A DNA stretch of 63,518 bases, the filler included, from Saprolegnia diclina VS20 (Eukaryota): the NCBI RefSeq assembly GCF_000281045.1. It is 3 parts of 2 records of this genome, joined end to end, with 100 filler letters (N's around TTAATTAATTAA, not from the genome) between each part and the next. Parts side by side here need not be neighbours in the genome. Positions count along the whole stretch, not along the records: positions 1 to 27,900 come from NW_008246131.1; 2 more parts are not named here. One strand, given 5' to 3'. Numbering within the stretch: position 1 is the first letter of the stretch; every line of letters begins with the position of its first letter. The translations under genes were made by a program, and so were the position numbers. Positions 13,220 to 25,981 of the stretch are shown here, piece after piece. Below the pieces are notes generated by a model that was not told the DNA's origin, did no database searches, and saw only the letters and a program-made list of their open reading frames with translations.

Positions 13220-14240
13220 TATCAACTTGCCCACGACGCGTTTACATGCGAGCAAGCATGGCAGAGGAGGTCATATTGAGTCGCATCAGATCTTAGCGTG
13301 CACAAGCCTCACGACACCCTGATGTTCCGTGTAGTTGGTGGCGGCTCGCCGGCTTCACGAGCTTCACCGTCGCTCCATCCCAAGCCTCCGGCCGGGAGCC
13401 TACGGCAAGCCTCTTGCTACGCACTCGGTCGGTACAACGGGTCGGTCCGAAGTAGTCGCATCGATGCGCCAGCGACCCACTTGGCACCGAAACGCTCAAT
13501 GGCGATCGCTCTTGCTTGGAGCTGACGTGGGTCGAAACGAAGTGAGTTGGACCCAAGAGAGACCTTGGGATAAGGCGCAAACGAGTGCGATGGGCACGTC
13601 GCGTACCACGTTGTCAGCGAGGGCGGCTCATTGAAGTGCCTCCATCGACCATTCCCGGCAAGCCACCGCATCTCGCCCGCGATATGCTCTGCATCTCGTC
13701 CTTCTCTGCGATCTACCATCTCCTGGTACAAGCACATGCTGCTGTGCTTGCATGACGGAGGCTTCTTGACGTTGTGAAGTCGACGCTGCAGCTACTGTAC
13801 TAGTACTACTGTACGGACCGGCGCCTCTCACTCCGTCCGTCTGCCCATCCCGGCTGCCCACATCATCTCCGCCATAGTCTCGGTTGGTCTCGCCAAGAGC
13901 CAAGGCTATAGAGCTCCAAGCCATGGCATCGTCAGCAGAGGAGCGAGCGCTGCACCGTCGGAGCGGCTCTGTCATCGGTCGTTGGCGTCCGATCCTTGGA
14001 AGTCCCTCGTGTAGCAGCAACGTTACGTCGGCTGTAGCATTTCTGGCGCCATTTCGCCGTGTCCCAGCGTATCCGTAGATTTGTCCGGATAAATTATAGA
14101 AGCTTGAAGGTTCTGGAATAAGACGCACTTATGGGTTGGTATACAAAACACAAGAGAAACCGCGTTCGATTTTCATATTGCAAAGCGGACTTTGGTCGGA
14201 CTGGTTTGCTTGTCGTCACCAGTCGGTCAAATCCTCCAGC

Positions 14241-15611
14241 ATGCCCATCGCTGCGGCGTCCGTGTGGGCCCGCTACATGAAGCAGGAGCGGCAGGCCGCG
14301 ATCCCACCGCGCGTCCAAGCCTACTGGCGCTGCCTCTCGGCCACCGAGCGCCAAAGCGTCCTCTTCCTCGACGAAGCCGACCTCGTCAAGCAGCTGTACA
14401 AGCTCAACTTTAGCCTCCTCTGCGTCGGCCTTGTGCAGCGCCGCCTCAAGAAGAAGAAGGCCGACGAGGCGGGCGGCAGCGACGAACCGACGTACGAGCT
14501 GCTCGAGGCCATGGAGTTTATGGACATTGGCACGGGCATCATGACGGTCAAGAACGAGCTCGTCCAGGACGACAAGGTTGACACGCTCTTTGCGCTCGTG
14601 CAGGAAAACCTCCGGGGCTTCCTCTCGCACACGTATGTGCTCGGCGACGGTGACTTCCAGCAGCTCTTCTTCCGCGACAGCGAGGCCATTAGCACCTGGG
14701 ACGAGTACCAGCACTTGGTCGCGATCCTCCTCGAGCAGGTACATTCCCTTCGTTCCCACCATGACACAGCATTGACGCATCGAATGTAGCTCATTCTCAA
14801 GAGCTTTGTCGCGTACCTCGAGCGCGAGTCGCTGCGGCAAATGGAAGCGCTCTTGCTCGAAGAAGACCTCGCGACGTCGTCCGCTTTGACAGCACCGCCC
14901 GTGCACAAGACCAAGAAGAAGAAGAAGCGGAAAAAGGCGGCGTCAGCAACATCGACATCGTCCATCCCACTGCCCGTGGCACCCCTCGACGACAGGATAC
15001 CGCAAGATACTCTCCACGATACCACGTTGTGTGCTGCGACACTGCCCCCGCCCGTCGACGTCCACACAGTCGTGACTGGCTATGACGCGTCACCGCCGGC
15101 GTCGAGCCCATCGTCGCCAGCGCACGCCGAGCCGTCGATTTCACCGACGAAAGCCCGAGCGTCGCGCTTGAACCCCAAGGCCGTGGCGTTCCAGCCCGTG
15201 AGTCGCCCGGTCGTCCCGCTGAAGCGCAAGTTTGATGCGTTCATTGTGCATGTGACGCCGGACGCCGACGACCACGACTTTGGCAGTGACAACGACGAGG
15301 TGTACGAGCGCGATACGGAGCTCGACATGCACCTCTCGGCCATCTACCAGCGCACGGCCGCGCAGTTTGGCTGGGACTTTGAGCGGCAAGAAGCGCTATC
15401 GCCCGAGTGGCTCCACCCCGAGTTCCTCATGACGCAGCGCGTCGTGCGGTACTTCTCCGAGCCGCCGTGTGGCATGTGCATGCGCGGCTACTGCCACGTC
15501 CACCGGTACAACGTCGCCGCGCCGCCGTCGTCGTATTGGCACCACCCGTCGCCCGTGCGCGAGTACAACCACCACGGGTTCGCGCCGCCCCACGCCAGCA
15601 TCGTCTCGTAG
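14241..15611 (+). CDS. Hypothetical protein with poly-Lys NLS and PAM2-like motif
   Basis: ATG 14241, intron about 14739-14789, KTKKKKKRKK tract, SRLNPKAVAFQP motif, C-terminal CxxC..CxxH. Confidence 0.75.
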
Positions 15612-15694
15612 CCATTAGAGTAGAATAGCCTCCATGTAGCATATAAAAACAAAAGAAGGATCCACGCACGACTGATGCGACCATCCCACTACAC

Positions 15695-15885
15695 TCATGG
15701 CTTGGCCTTGTCCGCCGGCAGCTCGGGGATCGTCTGCAATCGACCGCGTTAGGACCATGAGAAGGATGGCGAGGAGGACGTACGAGGTCGGGCTTGAGGA
15801 TCATGTGCATGGTCGTGGAGCCCGCGAGGAGCGAGGCAATGCTGGCCGTCAGCAGGGCCGCGTACTGCCCGACGTGAAGACGCAT
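15695..15885 (-). CDS. BRAWNIN/UQCC6-like (DUF4516) mitochondrial microprotein, 46 aa
   Basis: Exon 1 15885-15784, GT-AG intron 15783-15734, exon 2 15733-15695. Product MRLHVGQYAALLTASIASLLAGSTTMHMILKPDLTIPELPADKAKP matches the Y..S.L..AG...H...PDLTIPE pattern of BRAWNIN. Confidence 0.75.
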
Positions 15886-16078
15886 AATCGGTCGCAAGTT
15901 GTTCACTGGCGCAGCGTCCTTTTCCACTTTGCACTTGTTGGTGACATTCTTGACGACTATTTACACGCCACTCAGCATTCCAAAACGCCCTTTCCAACGC
16001 CAAAAAGCACCGTTAAATTGCGTGTTGCAAGACAAAAGAAAGGGTAGCATAGAAAGGCTTCATCGACCATCCGCCAGC

Positions 16079-16386
16079 ATGGCCCGCCGCAAGTCGTCCA
16101 ACACGTTTGCCCGCGTCGGGCTGCCGTTCGTCATCTTTGTCGTCGGCGGCTTCGCTGGCCTCCAGAACTTTGTCGGCGGCAAGTTTGAGCGCCGCGACAT
16201 GATGGTCAAGAGCCAAAGCGAGCGCGCCTTCAACCTCGACGAAGAGCACCGGGTACGTTGGCATCGTCGTGGCCGGCGGCTCATAGTGCTGCGAACGAAA
16301 CGTAGAAAATCATGCACAAGCTCAAGACCGACGACTTTGAGATCAAGCGCATTCCCAATCCCGGCGAAGACCCGCGCAACGTCTGA
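16079..16386 (+). CDS. COX16: Cytochrome c oxidase assembly protein COX16-like
   Basis: F.RVGLPFVIFVVGGFAGLQNF...FNLDEEH..KL..DDFEIKRIP pattern. Intron 16253-16305, TGA at 16386. Confidence 0.8.
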
Positions 16387-16424
16387 GCAACACGCCAAAC
16401 TCAATAGAGCGCCCGTTACTACTA

Positions 16425-18544
16425 CTACTCATCGTCCAGGAGCTCCTCGTCTTGATGCAGGAGACGCTCGTGCACGGGCGATAGCGTCGTCTCGAGCTTG
16501 AGGAACCACTGCGTGTAGATGAGCGGCGAAACGAGGCTGAGGCACCCGAGGAGCACGAGACACTGCGTCCACGCCTTGACGACGACGCTAACTGCAAGCA
16601 CGTACGTGGCGACTTGAGCAAATAAGATGAGCCCCGTGCACGCGAGATCCAGGCGGTTTTCCTCTGTCGTACGCTGGCGCGCGTCCTCCTCCAAGCACGT
16701 GGCAGCGAGCTACATGGGATGTTGTGCTCTACGGCTTTGGGCGCAGTCATTCGCCTACCTTGGTCCAGAAGCCGGGTGGGCGCACGTGCTTGTAGAAGGT
16801 GCGCAGCGTCCGTGCGTTGGTCGGTGGCGATGCAAGGCAGGCGGCTATGGCCACGGCGCCCGAGAGACTCGACGACCAGAGGAAACACTCGTACTCGGCC
16901 ACGTGCGGGACGCCACTACACCAGCTTTTAGCTTGTAAATCAAGGTCGACTCCCGCACAAGAAGACGACAATGGCCGTCACTACACCCGAGAGCATGCCA
17001 GACGCGTAGCCGACGGCGTTGAAGCGCGCCCAGTACCAGCCGAGGAAATTGGGCACGACCATGCCACCGCTCAGTGCAACCACCATAAACCTAGCCCCAT
17101 ACAAAGTCTATCCGAAACCGAGGGACTTACCCCCAAATGCGGTTGATCGTGTGGATGTAGAGCGACGCGCCCCAGCCGGCGAGAAGCACGCATACCGTTG
17201 CCAAGCGGGCGTGCCATAGAAGCTCTTTCGTTGTAGCCTCCGGGCGGACCAAGGCTTGGTAAATGTCAATGGTCCAGTAGGACGACGCGCTGTTGATCGT
17301 CGAGTCGAACGTTGTCAAGGCGGCGGCGAGAAGCGATGCGAGGACGACGCCTTGTAGGCCGGACGGCAGCACGTTGGCGAGGACAAAAGGCACGACCCGC
17401 TCGGGGTCAATGACCACGTGCGGATGGTCCACCGAGTACGTGATGGCGAGGACGCAGATCGCGCCCGAGAAGCCCCATCGAAAGAGGAGCAGCACCATCG
17501 CCAAGAAGGTCTGGGACCGCACCTCGCGCTCCGTCTTGGTCGCGAGCACGGTTTGGAGGCCGCCGCCTAGAGCAAGCGTCAACATCGCTTTGAGGGGTGA
17601 CACATGATGGCATACCGCCGGGTCCAGAGGCCGACCGAAAGCAGAGCAGACTCAGGTAGAGCAAGATGATGGGCGTAAAGGTGTTGTACATGCTGTACGT
17701 CGATGTGGCCGGCAGATGGAGGTCCAGGGACCCGAGCGCCGACGCCCATGCTTCGCGCGTAATGGTGTAGTTGAGGAAGGTGGATGAGGCATTCGTGGGA
17801 AGGAAGACGTGGAACGTATTTGGCAACGACACTTGTAACCCGAGAATCGAGACGACAAGAAAGGACCCAAAGATGAAGAACGACTGGTACACGTCCGTGA
17901 GCACCATGGAGGTGAAGCCAGCGACGATCGTGTAAGCAAGCGCGATGAGCATGAGGCCGCCTGCAGCCCAAAACTCGGGCGGAAGGCCAAGCCACGACGC
18001 AAGTGGCACAAATTCCGTGACAAACTTGCCGCCGCCGATCGCAAAGTACGTGACGCCCAAGACGCCGCTGAGGAGCGAGACGACTGCAATGAGCGTCCGC
18101 GCGACTCGGCCCGAGAGCGAGTCGCCAAATCGGTACAAGATCCTATTCTAGCGTCAGTAAGAGAGGCGGAGGATGGAACGCAGGTAGTAATTACCATTCG
18201 CCTTTGGTGCGCACGGGGCAGCGGCGCACGAGCTTGCCCGTGAACGCGAGCTGGAAGGCGAGGAAGAGACAGAGCCCGCCGCGCACCTCGATGTACATGC
18301 CCCGCACGCCGAGCGCGTAGATCAAGGCCGTGTTGATCATCGTGCCCGCAATGTCAATGTAGCTCGAGACGTCGGCGATCGCAAGCGCCCACCACGGCAG
18401 CCGGCGCCCGCCGAGGTAGTAGTCGTTGATCGTCTCGTCCTTGCGCCGGGACGCGTACGTGGCGACGGCGCCGACGACTAGCACCGAGACGAGGTACGCG
18501 ACGCAGATGCCACCGTCAAGCGGCGAGAGGTGCTGCTGGCTCAT
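16425..18544 (-). CDS. Sodium:solute symporter (SSS/SLC5 family), multi-exon
   Basis: DYYLGGRRLPWW, YTIVAGFTSMVLTDVYQ, LPSGLQGVVLASLLAAALTTFDSTINSASSYWTIDIY, and many TM segments. Confidence 0.9.
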
Positions 18545-19615
18545 GGCTGGCAATCAAATCTTGAATCCAGATCTGGGATGTGTGTTTAAAACACTTTAAA
18601 ACAGTTGTAGGGATGTGTATTTTTCACGGTGAAATAGTGTGCGAGTCGATGACGGCAACACGCTTGAAAACGCTCTCGACTTCGAGCCAAGACCACACTA
18701 ACCCGGCGCCAAGTTCTCCACTCCTGTATAAGCGTGATGGGTGTATCCGCGTCGGTCGGAGTCGACGCGACGAGGGCTTGTGCTCGCAGGCCACAGTGAA
18801 CCTAGTACCGACGCCTTGCAACCACTACGACCATCCTTGGACTCGAACTGCGGCACTCGACCACAGAATTTTCGTATATGAGCAACATGCTGAATTGGTT
18901 TTACGTAGGAAAGGACGTGGAAATGGTAATAGCATTGTCGATGTTTCTCCAACGCACTGGCTCGGTGGCTTCTCGTTAGGCTGTATGTTACCGCAGTACA
19001 GGTATCATCGATGCAGTATCGTGGCAAAATTGCGCGATTTCATTGTCTGATCCTCGGACTCGACGCAGCTGTCCCCATCGCATGCAGTCGCAGAGCCGTT
19101 GTTGCCGGGTACGTCGAACATGGCCTGCACGCATTCCCAGTCCAGGGCCTCGATCCCTCGGTTGATGCGAGCAACGGGTCCTACGCGGAAGCCGGGTCCG
19201 CTCGCCTCGGCGCCCGCCGTTGTCGAAGTCGCTTCGATGACAATTTCCCAGCGGGGAATCGATGTTGTCGTGTCCTGCAGAGAAATGAAGCCCTCCGATT
19301 GGCCAAAAAGTCAAAACTGGACTGTCATTGCCGCTTCTGCGATCGAAAGTCGCCCGCTCGTGCCGCCACGTCACGCCACACACGCGACCAATCGAACGAT
19401 ACTGGCGCACAAAGCCAAGAGTGGCCAAGCTTCCTTTGAACTGTACTATACCTTGCAAGTCATGCCGACTGGCATCCTCAAACATCTTGTCAGTGGTGCA
19501 TCTCGAACCTCCTCAACCACACTATTTCAAGTTTCAAAAGGACGGACATTTTCGAAAATGCGGGAAAACAAAAATCCGAAGAGAGCAGGTGACTTTTCTC
19601 AACGGACAGCAAAGC

Positions 19616-21464
19616 ATGGCGACGCCACTCGACGCGTTTACGTGCGCCATCACGCATGACGTCATGACGGACCCGGTCGTGACGGCCGACGGCCAGTCGT
19701 ACGAGCGGGCGGCCATCGAGCGCTGGCTCACGGACCACGACACGAGCCCAGCGACGAACCAGCGCCTGCCGTCCCGAGCGCTCTTGCCCAACGTTGCGCT
19801 CAAGAAGGCGATTGACGAGCACCGCAGTGCGCAACCTACGCATGCTTCGCCCGCTCGATCGCGCTCCAACGAGGCGTCGCGGCGCCGCGCCTTGTCGCCA
19901 GACCACGAGGCGACCCGGTCGGTGCGCCAGGCCACGCACGTGCTCACGCGCGACCAAGCGCTGCCCGAGACCGGCTACTTTGTCTACCGCACCGAGGGCA
20001 ACCTCGATCTCTTCAAGCACCCGTCACTGTACGACCCGGCGGTGGGCCCGAACCGGGAGCGACTCGTCCTCCCAGCCGGCGAGCTCGTCGTCGTTTCGCA
20101 GCGCGAGTATGGCCGCGACTCGAACCACGTCTTCTTGAAGCTGAGCACCGAGAACGAGCCCGCGCTTCAAGGCTTGTACATCCTCGAGCAAGGTCGGTAC
20201 CCGCCGTACGCTCCGACGGCCATCCAGGCGATTGTCACGAAGGAGGTGGCCGTCTACCGTGCGCTGGCCGCGACCCTCCGGTACTATCGGCCGACAACCA
20301 GCACCACCGGCGTGCTGACGCTGACGGACCGAAGCATTACCATCAACACGCTCCTGGCAGCGAACCTCCACGTGCGCGATCCGGTCACACGGATCGAGTT
20401 TGTGCGCCTCGACAACTCGACGCTCTGGGTCCCGAGTGCCCTCCTGACGCAGATGACGCTTCGGACCGCGCACCTCGTGGTGCGGCCCAAGGCCTACCTG
20501 TCGCTGCGTCGCAATATTTTTGCCAGCGACGAAGCCGCGCTCGTCTCGGTCGGTACGCTGGCGGTCTCGCGACAGCAGACCACGATCGCCGGCGTCTGCT
20601 ACGCCAACGTCACGACCAACAACGTCTCGGGCTGGTGCACGCTTCAACACGACGACTTTGTCACGAGCTGCCCACCGCGCCTCGCAGAGAAGTCGGCTGG
20701 GCTCTTCCTTCCCGTCGTGATCTTGCAAGGTCGCTACTACCTTGTGGTCGCCAACCAAGTGCAGAGTGACGGCTCGATCACCCAGTGCATCAAGTACAGT
20801 CTTCCCAACAGCATGGCGCGCCAGATTGAAAACTGCATCTCGAAAGGCCGGCACGTGACGCACGCGGCCCTCGGGCCCAACGCCGAGTGGTACATCAGTG
20901 GCACCAAGCCTGACGGCAGTGGCGGCTGTGCTTGGGTCAGCAACAACGTTCCAGCCGCGTTTCGAGGTGTCATGACCACCAACTGCCGCGTCGCCTTTGG
21001 CGAGCTCGGCGCCTACGTCTGCGACGACGGCACGAGTGTCTACACTGCCGGCGTGCCCTTGGCGTTTCGCGACCGGCTGGCGACTGCGACCGCGCGTCCG
21101 TTCGTGTCGTTTGGCCTAGCGGGCGAGAGGGGCTGCTTCATCCACGACACGAAGGGCGGGTACATGGCCAACATGTCGCAGTTTTTCGAGTATGACGTGC
21201 TCGACCCGGCGCCGCCCAAACGCTTTGGCCGGCTCATTGCTGGTATGTCACTATCCCAAAACGTAACTTATCCTGTGGAGCGTAGTGATCTACTCGAACG
21301 GCGAGCATATCAAGATTCACGAAAATTCGTTTACGTCGACGGGCAATGTGCCGTTGGCCATGCGCGACGAGCTCGATGCCTTTTACCGCCGCCACCAGCG
21401 CATGCAGAACGAACGTCGCCAGCTCATCAAGCGCTACAACCTCCTCGCGACGACCACGGCGTGA
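19616..21464 (+). CDS. U-box E3 ligase family member 1 (U-box + three SH3-like modules + C-terminal repeat domain)
   Basis: U-box: FTCAITHDVMTDPVVTADGQSYERAAIERW..SPATNQRL..LLPNVALKKAI. Intron 21243-21285, last exon ends at TGA 21464. Confidence 0.85.
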
Positions 21465-22073
21465 GGAGGACGACGGCGAGATGGATCGTTGACGACGTCG
21501 CAAGAAGAACCGTGGCGACAACTTTCATGCAGTATATGTTTACTCGAGTGTTTGGGTCCACTTGTGATTTGTTGGGGATGAGCTGCAGAGGTCAAGGACA
21601 AGAAGCCTTGGTTTCAAGACCTACCGCCGCCCTGCTGCGTCTTTCTTTCGGCGGCTGTTTAATACATGTGCAACGCCCCCTGTACGCCCTACGGACTACC
21701 GCATCAAGGACGCCGCCGTGTTGTGACCAACCTTTAGCCGAAACGGGTTATGTGATGGAAAACAAAATATGTTTTGGCCGAGTCATTCGTGTCGATTGTG
21801 ATGATTCCAAAAAATGTCATTGTTGGTCCTGCAAGCTTAGTTGGCCGGCGACAAATAAGCTTGCCCAGGACCACAGCCCGCAAAGATCGCATCACGTGCC
21901 ACTGATTGGCAGAATGCAAAACTTCATCTGGCATTTGATTGGCTGTTTGTGATTGGCTGTTCGTCCAAAGCGCAACATTCCCATTGGCTCGCTGCAAACG
22001 GTCCAAGCACGACACATGTTTTAAACAGCTCCTGTTTTGAACACGAATCAAACTGACTTTTGCGTCCGTCGGC

Positions 22074-23076
22074 ATGGACGGTCCCCTCGCAGCGCTGCAC
22101 GACGCCGTCATGTGCCCCATCACGCGGCAGGTCATGCTTGATCCTGTCGTCGCGATGGATGGCCACTCGTACGAGCGGTCGGCGATCGAAGCCTGGTTAA
22201 CAGCGCGCGCGGTGCCCACGAGCCCGCTCACGAACGAGCCCCTTCCGTCGACCCAGCTCCTTCCAAACACGGCGCTCAAGAAGGCTGCTGCCGCGTACCA
22301 TGCGCTCAAGACGTCAGCGCTGTCTACTGCGGCCATCGATCTGCCTCGGCGTGACGAGCTGCCCCAGTACGAGTTTTTCGTCTATCGGGCCATGACCACC
22401 TCACGCTCTACACGGAGCCGTCGCTGCAACACGCGGTGCGCCGGCAGCGCGGCGTGCAGCACGAGTTAGCAGCGGGCGATCTCTTTGCCGTGACCAAACG
22501 CACGCACGGCAGCGACTCGAACCACGTGTTTCTCGGCGTCAGCCGCGACTGCAAATCTACGCTGCGCGAGCGCTACGTCCTCGAGCTGGCCGCCGACGCG
22601 CCTCATGCGCCGGTCGCCATCCGAGCAGCGATGACGGACAAGATCATGGCCTTCATCGCACACACTGAGGCGCTGTGTACTTCCGCCCGTCGACGCACAC
22701 GTCGTGCGAGTTTACGCCCCGTCAAGAAGGCCCGGACCGCGACGGACTTTTGGTTCGAGCAGGCGAAGTCGTCGTTGGCGACCTTCATGTCGAAGATCCT
22801 GTGACTGGCGCGGCGTTCATTCGGCTCTATGCGACCGAGCTCTGGGTCGCGTGCTCGTTCTTGACGCCGGTCGCCGTGGAGACGACGCCCTTGAACGTGC
22901 GGACCCGCATCGGGCTGCCCATTCTGCGCAACACGTGCCTCACGCGCGCCGTCGAGCCGCTCGACACGGAGAAACGCTCGTGTCGTGACGTCGCACCTGC
23001 ACTTCCGCGTCAACGGCGTCGTTTTCGCCGAGATCGAGACCAAGCTGTGCCAAGGCTGGAGCATCTTTTCACTTAG
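22074..23076 (+). pseudogene. Degenerate U-box family member 2 (frameshifted and truncated)
   Basis: Intact U-box. Homology to the paralogs continues across frame changes near 22400, 22675 and 22980 (GSDSNHVFL, DLHVEDPVT, LWV). The C-terminal domain is absent. Confidence 0.75.
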
Positions 23077-23392
23077 CGACGTCGCGTAGCACTGTCCGGG
23101 GGCAAATATGGAGACTCCTGTAGTTGATATCTCCAGTACGACACGTGCAATAACGTCATAACTTTAGTGGACCTGGTCGTCGACGCCAATGGGTCGCCGA
23201 AGTGGGTTTGTCTGCAGGTACATTGGCAACATGGTTCTGACATTTCATGATTGCGATAAGCTTCGAATGCGCGATGGAGCGATGCATCGTCAGGCAAGAT
23301 CGTCAGGTCACCAAGAAACTTGGTGTCATTTTACCGGATACGGATACCGTAACGGCAAAGTGCTCTTTTGGATTTGCGAGGCGACCGGAACC

Positions 23393-25216
23393 ATGGCGCC
23401 GCCAAGCGCGTACCTGTGCCCGATCACGCAGGACGTGATGGTCGACCCGGTCGTGACGATGGACGGCCACTCGTACGAGCGGTCGGCCATCGTGCGCTGG
23501 ATCCAACGCAGCCAAGCCGAGTCGCGGGCCGGCGTGGCCACAAGCCCGTTGACCAACCTGCCGTTGCGCTCGACGCAGCTCATTCCAAACCTTGCGCTCA
23601 AGAAGGCCATCGCCGAGTACAAGAGCGAGCTAGACGAGCGGCCGGCCAAGCGGTACCGGTTCAACGTGACCATTCCCACGGACTTTACCGCTGAAGCCGC
23701 GCCCGAGCTGCGCCGCAGCGCCGCGCTGCCGCAGAGCGGCCTCTTTGCCTACCGCGCGCTGCAGCGTCTCGCTTTGTACAGCAAGCCGTCGGTGCGCAGC
23801 GTTCCCTTGCCGCGCGGGTTGGTCGCCGACGAGATGTTCTTCGTCTCCGAGCGTCGTTATGCCGCCGACTCGAACCACGTCTTCTTGCTGCTGGAGGGCG
23901 GCGGCGACGAGAGCCTCCGTGGCTTGTACGTCCTCGCACAGGCCGTGTCGGCCCCGTACGCCCCGTTGGTCATGGAGGCGACGCTCACTCGCGAGCCGCG
24001 ACCTACGTCACGACGCAAGCCGCCAACTTCTACCTTCTGCCGACGACCAATCGCCATGGCCTCTCGACGCAGCAAAGCGCACCGGTCGGCACGACCGTGG
24101 CGACAGACCTGCGCGCGCAGGACCCGGTCACGCGCGCCGAGTTTGTGCGCCTCGACAACTGCTCGTTGTGGCTACCGGTCTCACGCCTCGCACCGCGCGC
24201 CTTGAGCACACAGCGCCTCCTCCTCTGTCCGAGCACGGACGTGTCCGTGTACCGCAACATGTACACGACGCCGTCAAGCCCCGTTCTCGAGACGCTACCG
24301 GCGCGGACAAGCATAGTGTCCTCTGCCCACCTCACACTGGGCAATGTGTGCTTTGCCCGCGTGTCGATCGGTCGCGTCGACGGCTGGATCCAAGTCGATA
24401 CGAACGCCGTCTACCGGCGCCGGCCCTCGCAGATCGCCGAGGAAGCCGCGGGGCGGTCCATCCCTATCGCGCTTCTGCAAGGTGACTACTATCTCCTCGC
24501 GCTCAACGAGGTCCAAGGCCACGGTGGCGTCGGCCAACGAGTCTACTACTTCCTCCCGAATCGGATGGCGGAAGCGGTCGCCGCCTGCACTGAGGCGGGC
24601 CGGCACCTCACGCATGCAGCGCTTGGCCCCGACGGCCAGTGGTACCTGAGCAGCGTCGTGCCCGGCAGCTTGTATGGCAAGTGCGTCGCCAGCGACAACG
24701 TTCCGTACGACTTCGAGTGCGAAATGACGCCGGAATGCCTCGTCGCGTTTGGCAACAAGGGTCGGTACCTGCTTCTGGACAAGGACAACTCGTCGTACGA
24801 CTGCGATGGGCTGGACTTCAAGACGGCGGACGTGCTCAATGACGACCCGGACGTCATCACCTTTGGCTTCAACGGGAGCTCGGGCTTTTTTCTCAAGCAC
24901 ACGAATGGCGTCGTGACGCAGAACGTGCCGCGGTGGGTCCGAGAGGATGTATTGGACGCTCGACCGCCGCGCGGCTACGGGTCGCTCATCTGGCGTACGC
25001 GTCTGGTTTGGCGTCATCTTGGCTCACGAACGTCGTCATTGACTAGTGTCACTCTGCCTCGAGGAGTACGTGGCCATCTACGAGCACGCATTCTATGCGA
25101 CGCACTACGTGCCCAAGGCGATGTATGACGCGCTCTCTGCATTCTACAGCCGCCACCACCGAATGCGCAACGACCGCCGCCAGCTCATTGAAGATTACGA
25201 CGAGCTCGTCGCCTGA
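23393..25216 (+). CDS. U-box family member 3 with a single frameshift near 23999
   Basis: U-box: YLCPITQDVMVDPVV. Paralog homology resumes in another frame (TYVTTQAANFY..DLRAQDPVT). Intron 24995-25046, TGA at 25216. Confidence 0.75.
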
Positions 25217-25981
25217 GGTACGCAGGAAGGGAGCATTTGTGTGCATAATGCTGTGGTATGGTGATCAACAACGCGACGTACTTGGATCGTGGCCAGCGCG
25301 TCGGTAGTGACTTTGCGTATGACCAGATGCAATGTACCAGAAAAGCACTGGATCCTATTGATTCTGGATGAACACCGCGTTGTTTGTTGGGACACTTGAG
25401 CTTGGAGGCAAAAGGAAAACTGGACTATTTACAAAGCTAAACCTAAACCCGCTCGTAGAGGCTTTGCAACTTGAACTTCATCTTGAACTGCAAGTTGTCA
25501 TGGAGAAGAGAACACACGCGCTGGATCGCGGATCCCAGCCGTGACATTGTTCTGGTGCTCGCCAGACGAGGTGGCGGAGTGACCAGAAATATGAGATCTT
25601 ATAGCCCGGAACCTAGCTAAATAATGAGTTGGTGCACATGACGACGAGAGGTAGGGTGACCAACTGGACCATAATTGTCAGAAACGTCGTTGGTTCGACG
25701 CTTGGAGCAAGCGATCAAGATGGGATTGGCCGCTGCCACAGCGATATTCGCACTGGGGCCCGACCACATCGTGTCGACCTTCCCGCGCATCTTTGAAGAC
25801 GCTTCAAGTCGAGCGACGGCAGCTTCGAGGTCGCCTGTCAATGTGCCCATATGACGTTTCCCTTGATTGTGGGAGAAAGGTGTATTAAACAGTATAAGAA
25901 ACAGATTATCTGCTGTTTGAAACAGTCGCTCTTCTGCCGTCTGGCAGGAGACCGGAAGCGAACAACAACGACGCACGCAGC

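Noticed and set aside
18600..19500. ORFs in intergenic stretches (also 13300-14100, 28300-29400, 42300-43700, 51500-52900)
   Set aside because: No recognisable motifs, weak codon bias and frequent stops. They could be decayed repeats, but I cannot support a call.
19328..21952. 874-aa ORF taken as one protein
   Set aside because: Paralog alignment places the start at 19616 and shows an intron at 21243-21285 with the stop at 21464; the extensions are read-through.
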